Below, in pieces: positions 24,842 through 37,135 of a stretch of DNA of 64,000 nucleotides. A program made the position numbers and the translations under genes. Numbering within the stretch: position 1 is the first letter of the stretch; each line of letters opens with the position of its first letter. The notes beneath the pieces were generated by a model, which had not been told where the DNA came from, did no database searches, and worked only from the letters and a program-made list of their open reading frames with translations. Origin of the DNA: Heteronotia binoei (taxonomy: Eukaryota); assembly GCF_032191835.1 (NCBI RefSeq), contig NC_083225.1:40982001-41046000 (forward strand). The letters are read 5' to 3'.

Positions 24842-25100
24842 CCAGTTTGGAGTAGTGGTAAGGAGCGCAGTCTCTAATCTGGGAGAACCAGTTTTGATTC
24901 CCTACTCCTCTGCATGCTGCTGCTGGGTTAATTTGAACAAGCCACAGTTCTTGCAGAGCTGTTCTCTCAAGAGCAGCTCTCAAAATAGCTCTCTCAACCC
25001 CACCTACCTCAAAGGATGTGTGTTGTGGGGAGAGGAAGGGAAAGGAGATTATAAACCACTCTGAGACTCTGAGTGAAGGGTATAAATCCAGTCTCCTCCA
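24842..25100 (+). mobile_element. Squam3-like tRNA/CORE SINE
   Basis: ccagtttggagtagtggtaag head; tail gggtataaatcc; homologous to 11866-12136. Confidence 0.85.
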
Positions 25101-25483
25101 TTTATTCTTAATCTTAGTTTCCTTTTGTTGAATTTTTTTGCATCTTTTTATCAATCAAATAAAAATTCAACAAAAGAAAACAGATTAGGAATAAATGGAG
25201 GATGAGGAAGAGGAGAAGATTGGGTGTATACCCTTCACTTGGAGTCTCAGAGTGGCTAAAAGGATGCATCTTTTTATCCCATGACTGCTGAATTTACTCA
25301 GGAGACTTTGATGTGGTACCTTGTGAATAGAGTTTTGAAAGTCTAAATATATAACATCCACTGGTTACTGTTATTAACGTATTTGTTCACTTTCTCAAAG
25401 AACTGCGAAAATTCAGTTAGGCAGGACATTCCTCTATGAGCCTAATAATTCTATTTTGGATTACTGTTTCTATAAATTAGACT

Positions 25484-25538
25484 AGGAAAGGAAAAAGGAA
25501 AGGTCCCCTGTGCAAGCACCAGTCGTTTCTGACTCTGG
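25484..25538 (-). mobile_element. Sauria SINE 3' tail fragment
   Basis: aaaggtcccctgtgcaagcaccagtcgtttctgactctggg matches 16515-16555. Confidence 0.8.
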
Positions 25539-25749
25539 GAAAGAAATGCCTTCTTTTTGACCCAGGTTTATTAGCAATAGAATAATTAACAGGCATTCTC
25601 ACATGTTACTGTTTTATGGTTTCCCATGCTAATGCAACCCAGATCAAAGGTTTTCTGAATTTGTTAATTTTACTATTCTGCTATTGGTTTTTAACTTTGT
25701 ACCCCTTGGCATTCCAAACCCCACCAGCTATGCTTACTGTACCTCATTC

Positions 25750-25880
25750 CTCGTCTGAAGAAGTGTGCATGCACATGAAAGCTTACGTTCTGAATAAAAC
25801 TATGTTGGTCTTAAAGGTGCAATTGACTCCTATTTTGTTCTACTACTTCAGACCAACACGACTGCCTATTTGGATCTATC
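25750..25880 (+). mobile_element. Penelope-like terminal-repeat fragment
   Basis: tctgaagaagtgtgcatgcacatgaaagcttac...ttggtcttaaaggtgc, shared with 29915-30030 (-) and 38400-38485 (+). Confidence 0.65.
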
Positions 25881-27057
25881 TAAATAGAATTAGAGTAGAA
25901 TAGTTGTCCCTAGCAATAGAATCTGTGTTCTGGGATAGAAATGACAAGAGTGCAGAGTGGAATAACAGCCCCTGGGAATAGCAGCAGTTGTTCTGGGATT
26001 GGAGTTCCACTCTGGGAGCCCTCATTCTAGTCACACAACACTTTTGCTACTCCCAGGGACTGTCATTTTACTCTGAGGGCTGTCATTCCATCGCAGAGTA
26101 GTCTTATCTGGCCCCAGATACCTTAATGGAAAATCAACTCTGCCTTTTCCTTACAACTTTGTCTGTGCTGCAATGTATTTCAATGGAGTGGAGCTAAAGT
26201 AGTTTCACTTCCCAGTGTGTGTATGCTAGCTGAAGTTGTTGCTTGCTGGTGTTGTCTCCTTGCAAAAAAAAAAGTTGATTTTTTTTAACCAGCTTGTCTC
26301 TGCTGAATGGACCTGAAAACGGGTGCCTGAGTGAGTACTCTAACCTGGGAACCCACAGCCAAAGGGGAACATTACACTGGAAAGCCACTGCCACTCTGAG
26401 CAGACCACGGTGGGGGTGGAAGGAAAATCTTGCAGTGTCCTGCTATTTCATGTATTCCTAGACTCAGAGCATTTTATATTTTTAGTTTCTGTTGTGATCC
26501 TCGTGCTTTTTCTTGATGTTTTATATTAAAAATTGCATTGCCAAATCCCACTGTTCCCCTACCTTTCCATTTTAAACAAAATATTGCAAGAGCTTTAAGC
26601 ATGTTTGTATTTTGAGTAAAAAAAATATCTTTAATTGCATTTGTCTATATCCTTTATAAAGTTTATATCTTTGCTATCTGACATTACATTTGATTATACA
26701 CATGGCCCGGCCCCACAAAGTCCCATTTACGAAAGATCTGTCCCTTGTCCCTGCTGTAAGGATTTGTTTCCCTTTTAGCTTCCTCAAATTTTTGCAAAGT
26801 CCTTGAGCTTCATGGCAATGCAGGGGTCTGGACTTAGATTTGCCATATGCAAACCACATCATGTACCTTGCTCTTGCCCTCCTTCCCTCTCATTTGGGCC
26901 TGCCAAAGAGACTAAAAAAATCTATGGTTCTTTTAAAAGATCTTCCCTCCATTCCACCCCACTTCCAGGTCTGGGGTCTTAATCATTCAGTAGATCACTG
27001 CCACTGTCAGCAGGAAAAACTCCTTTTCTCTCCACAGGTAGGGTGAGGATGCTTGTG

Positions 27058-27058
<1 letters not shown>

Positions 27059-27092
<34 letters not shown>
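27059..27092. repeat. (GT)n(GA)n microsatellite
   Basis: Direct reading. Confidence 0.95.
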
Positions 27093-27094
<2 letters not shown>

Positions 27095-28464
27095 AGTAAA
27101 CATATCGGTGATTTGTCCCCCTCCCTTTATGCTCTCCTTTGTTACTCAGCCAGATCTGTCCATTTTTAACCAGGATGACTCTGGTTTGCATGGGACTGTG
27201 GGTGAGTTCCTAAAGTAGTCAAGTCACATTCAAGATCATTAAGATTATAGGTCTTTCTTAAGACAGAAGTTTAGTTATTAAATGGATAATTGAGAACCAG
27301 CCAGAAGCCAAATCACTAGAGGCAGAACACTTGCCAGAAGAAACTGAAAGGTGTAATGCTAGCTAATTCTGTACTTTAGAGCAGATCAGAAGATATCTGT
27401 ATTTCTCTACTTGGAATGGATGCACTGTGAAGCATCAAAGCACAGCCTGGCAGGGCTTGCATTAGGTAACAGTACTCTGAGACAGAACTCTAAGCCGGGC
27501 TAGTGATTCTCCCTGCAGTCAGATTTGGGGTGGGCTGGCTCATAGGTTCCCTCCAAATCTGCTGTTGGTCATTCATCTCAAAAGCTTGAATAGGGATTTT
27601 AGGGCACTGAGATGGGAAATGAAAATTTATCCATCTTGGCTTCTCTAACAGCCATGGCAAAATGAAATGGAATTTCCATTTCCTTTGGTTAGCCCAGATA
27701 ACGATACGCCTTCCTCTTTATTTCATTCTTGGATACAACTTTAGGATTTTATTTGCCCATCTCTACAGATGTGTGTTATTTTAAGGCGCCCGCCATCCTT
27801 TCACTGCAAACCCAACTTTTTTTTAGTACACAATACAAAGCATAACCACTGACTGGTATGATAGAAGATAAGGGACCAAATAGACAGTAAATATTTCAGT
27901 TTCTATTGAGCAATTTCATTTTGTTGGTGGTGTTTAAAATGTGTGTGATTAAGCTGTGTGTTGCAGTGTTCCTTATCATATTTTGAAACTTTAAAAAAGC
28001 AGTTGGGGGCAGTCCTGTGTTAGTCGTTTTTCTGTCTGTCCCATTGAGAGTTCTTATGATGAACGATACCATTTTTTTTTAATATAGCCAAAAGCCATTT
28101 CAATCAATCACAAAGAGCATAAATATCGTAACTAAAATGACGATTTTTGAAAGTGCTTATTACATTAAAACATTTTACTCTTTGGATACAACTTTTGATT
28201 GTACTTTCAGGGCCAACTGATTTTTTTAAACTGGTGTGGTATGGTCTGTATCTCTTTGGGCTGTGTAGGAATCCAGGTTCCTGAAAAATCACATGACTAA
28301 ATGCACCTCCCTATAAAAACTTTCTCTCCTCATAACTAACTGACATGACAGGAACACATCTAGCTGGGCCTTCTCATAGACTTGCTTTGTTTTTTTCTAT
28401 CGGCATATTTTTCCATTTGTTTTTAGTGGAGGTGTCTTCTGCCTTGTAACTACAATCTATATAC

Positions 28465-29820
28465 CAGGGTTCCCCAAACTCCCCCCCCCCCCGTTATTTT
28501 TACACTTCTCTTTACACTAAAATTTGGAGGTGGAGCCAGGAGACTTTGGGGTGGAGCCAAGAGACAGGAAATGATGTACAAACAATCCTAAAACTCTTGC
28601 AATATTTTGTTTAGGAAAGGTAGGAGAATTGTGGGATTTTGCAATGCAATTGTAAAAATAAAACATTAAGGCAAAGCACAAGGACAACACAGCAGAAAAC
28701 TAAAAATATAAAATGCTCTCAGCCTAGGGAAAACATGAAATGACAGCCTGGGAAAACATGAAATGTCAGGGCATTTAAAGCTTCTCCCCCCCCCCCCCCG
28801 GTCTACTCAGATTAGCAATGGAAAGGAAGGAGGGAAGACAGGGGAAAAGACTGACTGACAGAAAGAGAAAGAGAGAGAGAGGAAGGAAGAAAGAAAGAAA
28901 GACAGAAAAAGACAGACTGACAGAAAGAGAGGGAGAGAGGAAGGAAGAAAGACAGAAAAAGACTGACTGACAGAAAGAGAGAGAAGGATGAAAGACAGAG
29001 GAAAAGACTGATGAAAGAAAGGGAGGGAGGGTGGGTTGGAAACAAATATAGAAAAAAAGAAAAAAGAAAGAAAGGAAATAGGAAGGAAAAGGGAGGGAAA
29101 GAGTGAAAGAAGGGAGGGACAAAAGGAAGAAAGAGAAAAGAAAGGAAAAGAAACAGGAGCAACTCACCTTTAAAACTGCTCACTCTCGGTGGGAAATCTG
29201 GCCATGGAGCCCTCAACACCAGTCCACGGGGCCTCCAGTCCCCTTGGCACTCCCCCACATTGCGCCTCCCCCCCCGGTTGTACACTTCCTTCTCCCCCCC
29301 CCGGTCGTACACTTCCTTCTCCTTTCCTTCCCCTCTGCAGGCAGGTCAGTTTTATCTTGCATAAAGGCCCCCCCGCCCTGCCCCGACGGCCCAATCGCTT
29401 GGAAATCGGTGCGGAGCTCATTCCACGCCAGGCCAAGCCGGCGACAGCTCAAACAGACTGCGGCTGAAAAGGGCATGTGGCTCCTCCCTCCCCGGCACTT
29501 CCTGAATGGGAAGGAAGTGCCAGAGAGGGAGGAGGGAGGACTCATGCACCCTTTTGGGCTGCAGTCTTTTTGAGCTGCCGCTGGCTTGGCCCAACGTGGA
29601 ATGAGCTCCGCACTGATTTCCAAGCGATCGGGCAGGACGGGGGGCTTTATGCAAGATAAAACTGACCTGCCTGCAGTGGGGAAAGGAGGGAGAAGGAGGC
29701 GCGTGACCTGGGGGAGGGAGGTGTGAGGAGGGGCAGCCAGGGGATGGGCGGCCCCGCAGACCAGCGCTGAAGGCTCTGCGGCCCGGTACCGGGTCGCGAC
29801 CCTGCCTTTGGAAAACGCCG
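28465..29820. mobile_element. hAT-type non-autonomous element with a GA-rich tract (~28820-29155) and a ~385-bp palindrome (29312-29697)
   Basis: Imperfect TIRs cagggttccccaaa / tttggaaaacgccg; flanks ctatatac / gtctatac (6/8). Arms gcaggcaggtcagttttatcttgcataaag / ctttatgcaagataaaactgacctgcctgc. Confidence 0.6.
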
Positions 29821-30070
29821 GTCTATACAGGGAAACAAAATGGACATAGGTTTACCACCATAGAGAAAAGGAAGCTTCCAGAACTGTCACTGTCATCAGT
29901 GAGGGAGGATTCAGGTGGGGTAGCTGTGTATGAAGCTGCAGAACAAAGTTTGAGCCATGTGGCAATTTTAAGACCAATAAAGTTTTATTCACAGTATAAG
30001 CTTTCATGTGCAAGCACACTTTATCAGATACAGGTATGAAACAGAATTTCCTCAGCTTTTTACTTATAGG

Positions 30071-30213
30071 CAGAGGTGGAATTCTAGCAGGAGCTCCTTT
30101 GCATATTAGGCCACACACCCCTGAGAAGAACCTTGTAAGCTTTTGAAGAATTGGCTACATCAAGGGTGTGTGGCCTAATATGCAAAGGAGCTCTTGCTAG
30201 AATTCCACCCCTG
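30071..30213. mobile_element. Palindromic hAT-type MITE (TIR CAGRGGTGGAATTC)
   Basis: Perfect TSD CTTATAGG (30063-30070, 30214-30221); body shared with 24353-24542. Confidence 0.92.
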
Positions 30214-32070
30214 CTTATAGGCGGTGGGGTGGTTGTCAGGAAGGTCCATATAAAGGAGGAGAGAATGTATTCTATTCTCTCCTCTCCTGTGAGAATTATT
30301 ATTATTATTGAACCAACTTGGACATAAATAGTGGAAAGGCATGACACAAATTGTGTATAGAAATATGGAGCCATCGGCCATCACTACATCTGTATATTAG
30401 AATCAGAAGTGTTATCTCCACATCTGTTTGCAAGTGTCTTATTTGCAAATCTCAAATTGCTATATTTTTAAGAACATTTTTTGGGGTGTGCATGTGGGTA
30501 ATTTAGCATGATAAAATAATGTAAGGTCTTGGTGTGGTCTTTTGCATGCTTTTCTGCCTTTTCTTCTCCTTTCAGTTCTATTTTGTTTTGCATACAGAAT
30601 GATTCTCTACTCAGCAGGGTTCTATTTCATGTGTAGCTGCATTCCTCCTGTAGTATCCTTCTGTTGTACCTCTTGTGTGGTTTTGGGTATCAGTGCAGAT
30701 GTAGAAATTATCATGTGAGGGGGCGGGAGTCAAACGGATGATTCATGATCTATAGGAATGGTAGAAAAGTAAAACTCGAAGCATAAAAGTGGGGAGAAAT
30801 GATTGACTTAAACCTTTGTAAAATAAACAGGATATTTTTGGTTAGAAGATCTTAGAGTAGATGCTCAAGTATTATATACCATGCATTTTAATAATGCTCA
30901 AGCCCTATATCATTTGATGACATCTTGCAGGTAAAACAAAGTGTGAAAAAAGATCCTTTAATGAACGTGTTCTAGTTCCCCCCCCACTCCTAAACCTTAG
31001 ATGTTACTATCCGCCAGAGTAGCTAATGTTCAGATTTGGGTTGCTGAAGTTATGAACCTACATATTTAGACTGGCATTTGAGCTACACAAAACACTTTTT
31101 AATAGTTATTTTAGAGCCTGATAAACTTCAAGGTTCATTGCTCCTGTACATTTTTCAAATTATTAGCTTCTTAATGCATATGGCTTTAATTTACCCCCTA
31201 CTGACATTCTTAAATGGGTTTTCAAGAATTTTTAAAAGTGGGCTACTATAGTTATGCCTTCACTCTTGGCCCTGATTGCTGACACAGAATTTTGTAAGTA
31301 GTCTCCACAATTAACAGGATGGAGGTTCAAACAATTCTACTGCCAAAGCTCAAGATTCCCTTGAAAACAGATTTGTGTTTGGTTTCCTGTAGTGTGTTTG
31401 CTCCATTTATTTCTAATGAGTTGCTGGAAGCTGTTGAGAAGGTTCCTCTTCTGCAGAAAGGAATTTAAGTGTGGTTATCTGCTTGTTTCACAGTTTTATT
31501 TATTTTTTAAAATGGAATTTTCATCAAATGACAATATATATTTTTAAAAAGAAGAGTTTTTTATGTCACTGTTACTGATTTTAAGTAGAAGAATGTAGCT
31601 ATATTCAGTACTGTTTAAATTGAAATGTTTAAACTTTAATTTAGGGTTTTAATATTGCAAAACATTCTTAATATTCATTAGAAATAGTTTGTTGTGTTGT
31701 AGTAATAATCTGGGAGCTGAATCTCATGAAATGACAGATGAAACCCTTATAGTAGGTTGTGATGGATTTGGTGGGGTCTGTAGGGTCTTCCGTTGTACCA
31801 AGTGGATGTTGAATTTAAAGAGCTGGTCCAGATTCGCAATGCCTACACCTTACTGTGGGAGTTCAACGACTTCATTCCACCCCCACCCCCAGGAAATTAG
31901 ATCATTTAACTATTGCCTTGCCACCAACAGGAGGAACAGACAAAAAAACTCCAAACGCTCCAGAAGTTCTTCTGTCATGATCACTGTTACAATGAGAACT
32001 TAGTAAGATCCTCCAGGTTCTCCAAAGAACTGATCCCAGTCACTTGTCATGAAACTCAAAGGCTTATTTA

Positions 32071-32186
32071 TGTTATACATCTTGGGTTCTAGAGGCAACA
32101 ATTCCAGCCTGCTTGGGGTCTAGAGGCAACAATTCCAGCCTGCCTGTTATACATCTTGGGGTCTAGAGGCAACAATTCCAGCCTGC
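32071..32186. repeat. Short tandem triplication of a ~31-bp unit
   Basis: cttggg(g/t)tctagaggcaacaattccagcctgc x3; copies 1 and 3 are preceded by tgttatacat. Confidence 0.9.
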
Positions 32187-32750
32187 TATGTTAACCTTCA
32201 CCTCTTCTTCCTAGACATGACCTGGAGGTAGATGACCACTTTCATAAACATTAACTCTTTATTACTCTTTACCATCCTTTGTATAATCTTTACCACAATA
32301 ATACATGTTCCTTTTACCACCTATTCTAGCTTACCCTGAGCAATGAAACAAGTTTTAGGAGAGGTGTGGCCTGTTAAAATAAGTCAAGTTCAAGCAGGAA
32401 TGTTCCCACCTTCTCTTTGTGATTTGGAAAGCTGACTTCAAAGTAGACTTCTGTGTGGTGGAGGATTACCATTATAAGACAGCAATTTCATAAAAAGTTA
32501 AATTTAACATCACTGTTAAGTAAAACAATTGATTATAGAAGGGAAAAAAACATACTGAGCAAAAATGTCTAACTACTGAGCAAAAGATAAATACAGTGAT
32601 AAAAAAACCTTTCTCCTTTTGTGAAGCTGCATATAAAAAAACAGGTGAAATAATCTTAATCACCAGATTTGTTTCCATCTTTTTTCTTGTACTGGCTCTG
32701 TGCAGGTAATATCTTGATGCTATTTTTTTTAGCTCACTTCCTTATATCCA

Positions 32751-32959
32751 GGGGGATGGTGGCTCAGTGGTAGAGCATTTGCTTGGTAAGCAGAAGGTCC
32801 CAGGTTCAATCTCTGGCATCTCCAACTAAAAAGGGTCCAGGCAAATAGGCATGAAAAACCTCAGCTTGAAACCCTGGGGAGCCGCTGCCAGTCTGAGTAG
32901 ACAATACTGATTTTGCTGGACCAAGGGTCTGATTCAGTATAAGGCAGCTTCATATGTTC
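32751..32959 (+). mobile_element. tRNA-derived SINE (Squam2-like)
   Basis: tRNA-like head gtggctcagtggtagagc...caggttcaatc with A and B boxes; 3' end gcagcttcatatgttc. Confidence 0.85.
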
Positions 32960-33039
32960 GTATCTCTTCCTCAGCCAGATGAATATCCATAAGAGAAACA
33001 GCCCTTTCTTCGCCTCAGAATCTTGAGGAAGAGCCCTTA

Positions 33040-33268
33040 CCTGGGTAGCCCAGGCAAGTCCAATCTCGTCAGATCTTAGAAGCTAAGCAGGGTCGATTCT
33101 GGCAAGTACTTGGATGGGAGACCTTGAAATACCAGAGCTGGAGACAAGGGCAGGCTTTATTCAGCCACACCCCTGAATATCCTCCAGGTCTCCAGTAGGG
33201 GTCAGTCACCAGAGGTCACCATGACTTCCTGGTGCACACATGCGTGCACGTGCGCGCACACACACACA
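33040..33268 (+). mobile_element. 5S rRNA-derived SINE (SINE3-type) with (CA)n tail
   Basis: 33059-33124 caatctcgtcagatcttagaagctaagcagggtcg...gtacttggatgggagacc aligns to 5S rRNA boxes A/IE/C; sister copy at 47530-47720 (-). Confidence 0.8.
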
Positions 33269-33401
33269 AATTAAAAAAATGCCCCTCCAATCTTTGAGGA
33301 AGCTCTTCTGGAATTCACTTACAGATTCTTCCTTCTATCACGCCAGTCTCCACTCATTGTGTCTGGTGGAAAACTCTAGGCATAGCTAGCTTCTTTATTA
33401 T

Positions 33402-34112
33402 GATCTTTTTCACACAGCCTAAGTATTCCGGTATGGCAGCTGGTCAGTTACTGAACAGTAACGGGTTTCTGTTGGCATTTCAGACAGACTCGATTCAGTA
33501 ACTGGCTGCTACCAGAATATTCTCACCTTTTCACACAGTCCCACGGCTGTCCCGGTAGTGAGGCATGCCTGAGTCGTTACTAACAAAGAGCAGCTTCTTC
33601 CACTTTTCAACCCCTCCTTCCAGGTTGAAATCGCTATGGGGCGCTGTGTGAAATGTCCAGTATCTAACCCGGGAGCAGTTTTCATGCCCTTTTTCGCCCG
33701 CCGGCGCATGATCTCTGGCTTTTTTTTTGGGAACGTCGGCTAAAATCGCTATAGCGACATATCACAACAGCATCACCATAGATCGCCGCCGCTGAAACTT
33801 GGTAACTTATCTCAATGGAGCCTAGCCATCTCTATGGTGGTGCTGTTGTGATACAACGCTATAGCACTATAGCGATCTTTGCCCGACGTTCCAAAAAAAA
33901 AAAAGCCGGAGATTGTGTGCCGGCAGGCGAAAACGGCTGACGTGGTGGAAGCGAGATATAAGCGGAACAGTGTGAAATGGCTTGCTTCAATCACGGAACC
34001 CTACCGGGAAAAAAAACATGTGTCTGAAAACTCCCATCCCTGTCTCGGATTACTGCAAGGCGGCACAATACCGACTCCCTTCCAGCTTCCACTGGTAAGT
34101 GTGAAAAGGGCC
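33402..34112. mobile_element. PIF/Harbinger-like MITE with a CpG-rich central hairpin (33693-33931)
   Basis: Ends gatctttttcacac / gtgtgaaaagggcc (11/14 inverted match), flanked by TAT on both sides (3-bp TSD). Confidence 0.6.
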
Positions 34113-34136
34113 TATGTCTTTACTGAAAATGTGATT

Positions 34137-34228
34137 TAGAGTGCAAGCCTAAATAGAGTTACACCCTTCTAAATCCATTGACGTCAGTGGGCTTAGAATG
34201 GTGTAACTCAATTTAGGATTGTACTGTA
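34137..34228. mobile_element. Short palindromic MITE
   Basis: tagagtgcaagcctaaatagagttacacc vs ggtgtaactcaatttaggattgtactgta form an inverted pair; TA ends. Confidence 0.65.
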
Positions 34229-35955
34229 AGTGTATATCGACTCAGAGCAAATGTTTATATATCTGTTGTTAAATGGGCTACCTTAAAAATAAATAAATGT
34301 TAAAACCTTTGTTCTACAGCTGTAAAGGATTTGTTGCCTATGCTTACGCATGGGCAGAGTGCCAGTTAAACATTTTATTTTCCAAACCTGTAAATTTTAT
34401 ATGTGACCTGTGAAATGAGGTTTCATTTTATTACAACAGAAAACCAAGTACGTTGCAGTACTTAATTTCACTCATTTTTGGTGCGTGAGCTGGTAGATGT
34501 CCAGTAGTGCTATATGCCATGGTTAGGCTACGTGGCTGTTCTGATCCTTTTAATGCTAAGGTGAAATATTTATAAGCATGTGCAAGGATGAATCCAAGGC
34601 TGCTGCTTTTCAATCATTTACTTGAAATAGTCTTGTATTTACTACTTAATTCAAAGTGTAGCACTGTTTAGGGTAGCACTGTTAGTGGCTGCCATCTGTA
34701 GAATTCATACTGATGTGATTTGAAGTGTGTGGTGATCTTGTGGTATTAGGCAGAGGTTGCAGTATCAAAGGAAATTAGCCTGTTTGTTAGGGTGGATGAA
34801 AACCCTTCCTGGATTGTACCACCCCAGATTGCATTAGTTGAATTGGGGATGGGAAATCCTGATTTAAAAATATTAATTATTTATGTGTTAGAAGTCCTAG
34901 TCTCTCATGGTAATTTGCTATGTTTTTCACAGCAAGTTCAGGTTGATAACAGTAAAGGCATTCTGAGCAAACTTTCAAAATCGCATTGTTAAGGCATTGT
35001 TTTTTAAATGAGAATTTCCCCCTTATTTACGAATTGATAGGTGCAGTCTTAGGACAAAATATCTAGATTTCAGAAGTTAGCAGGTGAACCAAAGTGGTTC
35101 ACGTTTGTGACAAGTCAGTTACTTGTGGAAATGTTGATTAAGTTCATACTATCTTAGTTTGGAGTATGAGCCCAAGCCTCTTGAAAAGCCCAGGCAGGTC
35201 TCACAGCTACTGAATTCCTCTGACTTGGATCAACATGACAGATAGAAGGATGGGAGAGGAGAGAAGGAGCAACTTAAAAGGTTGTTTTGGTGCACCCAGT
35301 AAAAGTCAGTCAGTGTAAATAATTCTGCAAGGGGTAAAAGCTTTCCCAGGATGTCTTGAAAGTTCCTGGAACTCATTGTCAGGTGGTGTTGAGCTCTCTA
35401 AGAGTGTATGTTTCAACTCTTAGCAATCCAAGCCTTTTGAAGCTAAATTGTCAAAAATCATTACAATTGAAAATCAAAACTTGTGAACAACCCAAACATT
35501 TTGATGATTTATTTTCAGGATGCTCTGTTTTTTCAAACTGGAGACCTCAGTAAACTGTAATGATCTTGTGTATCTCCAGATACTGTCTCAGACATAATGA
35601 AAAGCCTTGAACTGGCTTTTTTGTAGCAAGTCTGGGAGTTCTTGAAGGCTCACACACTGCCTCCCTCATGTAGTGCCTAGATAATTGAAGATTTCTGCAT
35701 CTGTAGCAAATGATAGCTCTTATTTTTGAACCACGGGGGCTATGCTCTTTAGTTTTCTCTTTAAACCATGATTAAGTCATGGTTTAGAATCCTGGTTGTG
35801 ATCACATCTGAATCTTGAATCAGTTTCTCTTAATCAGTGATGTTGGTCACATTAACGGAAAATTGAAGAAAAATTGCTTTTGGGGAGGGTCATCTTTAAT
35901 GTATTGTTACCTAAATGATTGAATGGGCTAGCCCTACTGCCTGATATGTGACAAT

Positions 35956-36135
35956 CAGAGCTTTTTTTTTTTTTGGAGCCGGAACAGACAGGAACACAGT
36001 TCCGGCTGGTTTGGTGGCAGGGGGTGTGAGCTTATATGCAGATGAGTTCTTGTTGTGCATAACAATGGTGACACCAGGAGGTGCGGTTTGATGTGCAGTT
36101 GAGTTCCTGCTGGGCTTTTTTCCTACCCCCCAAAA
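35956..36135. mobile_element. CAGGGCTTTTT-family MITE, degraded
   Basis: cagagcttttt...ggaacacagttccggctgg...gagttcctgctgggcttttt resembles the reverse complement of 13080-13200. Confidence 0.55.
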
Positions 36136-36660
36136 ATGTGCTTAACAATTTTTTTTATATTGCCATGATTTTGATGGGGTTTTTTTCGGGGAGGGGGGAG
36201 GAGTCTGGTAGAAGAAATTAGCATTGAAAACGGGAAGTGGAATGGGCACAGAGTGAACAAAAACCAAATCCACCAATCTTCATAGTCATATAGCTTTCCC
36301 ATAGTGAACTTGTCAGCCTTCATATCAATGGAAGAGGCAGCACCAGAAGGCCAGGTACAAGTAGGGTCAGGGGAGAGAACCTTCAGGCTCGCAGAAAAAT
36401 CCAACTGCTTCTTTTACTTTACCAAGAGGGGCAACCTGTCTGTTGCACAGGGTGGGGACCTCAAACCCAACCTGTGTACTCCAAAATGCGTGAATTTTGT
36501 TGAGATTGGCTGTATTGTCCTAAGGAAGCTTAGTTGGTATCTTTATCAGTACCTTATTTGTGGAGCTGCATCAGCACGTAAGTGTTCAGTGCATTGGGAC
36601 AATGTCACTATCTCTGGCATTGTGTTTGGTGTTGAGTCAACCTCCCAAATTGCTCTTTAA

Positions 36661-36800
36661 GAACATAATAGAACATTAGAGAAGCCATGCTGGATCGGGC
36701 TAGTGGCCCATCCAGTCCAATACTCTGTGTTACACAGTGGCCAAAACCCAGGAGTCATTAGAAGAGCCACCAGTGGGGTCAGAACTCCAGAGGCCCTCTA
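36661..36800 (-). mobile_element. CR1 3' end fragment
   Basis: gaacat...agagaagccatg...gcccatccagtccaa matches the 56760-56840 CR1 tail. Confidence 0.8.
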
Positions 36801-36879
36801 GAGGCAGGGGCACAAACAGGTATGGAATTCCTCCAATTCCTCTTGTGGAAAATTGTAGACTGGTACTCCATAGTATGGG

Positions 36880-37135
36880 AGGAGGCAGTTGCATAGGTCT
36901 CATGGGCCCAAACTATTTAAGGCCTTTAAGAATCAGCACTTCGAATGGTACCTGGAAACAGACAGGCAGCCAGTACAGATCTTGCGGTATCTTGTGGTAT
37001 GATCCTTGTACCCAGCCCCTGACTGTAGCCTGGCTGCCCTGTTTTGGATCAGCTGACATTTCCCAGACAGTTTTCAAAGGCAGTCCTACACAGAGTACAT
37101 TACCTTAATCTGACCGGGATGTGACCAGAGCATGG
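36880..37135 (-). mobile_element. Degraded L2 ORF2 fragment
   Basis: The minus strand resembles HA.VTSRLDYCNALYVGLPLKT...QN.AARL. Confidence 0.65.

Noticed and set aside
28775-29312. 130-166 aa Phe/Leu/Ser-rich or Lys/Arg/Glu-rich ORFs
   Set aside because: Translations of a GA/CT low-complexity tract.
29103-29659. Mirror-image ORFs on both strands
   Set aside because: Caused by the 29312-29697 palindrome.
32071-32186. CRISPR-like repeat array
   Set aside because: No unique spacers, no cas genes, and the context is a vertebrate intron.
31715-32470. Possible solo LTR (TG...CA)
   Set aside because: No matching 4-6 bp TSD or second copy identified.
32751-32822. tRNA gene
   Set aside because: The tRNA-like head continues into a SINE body and tail, with no complete cloverleaf.
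33059-33124. 5S rRNA gene
   Set aside because: Partial and diverged, fused to a SINE body that has another copy in the window.
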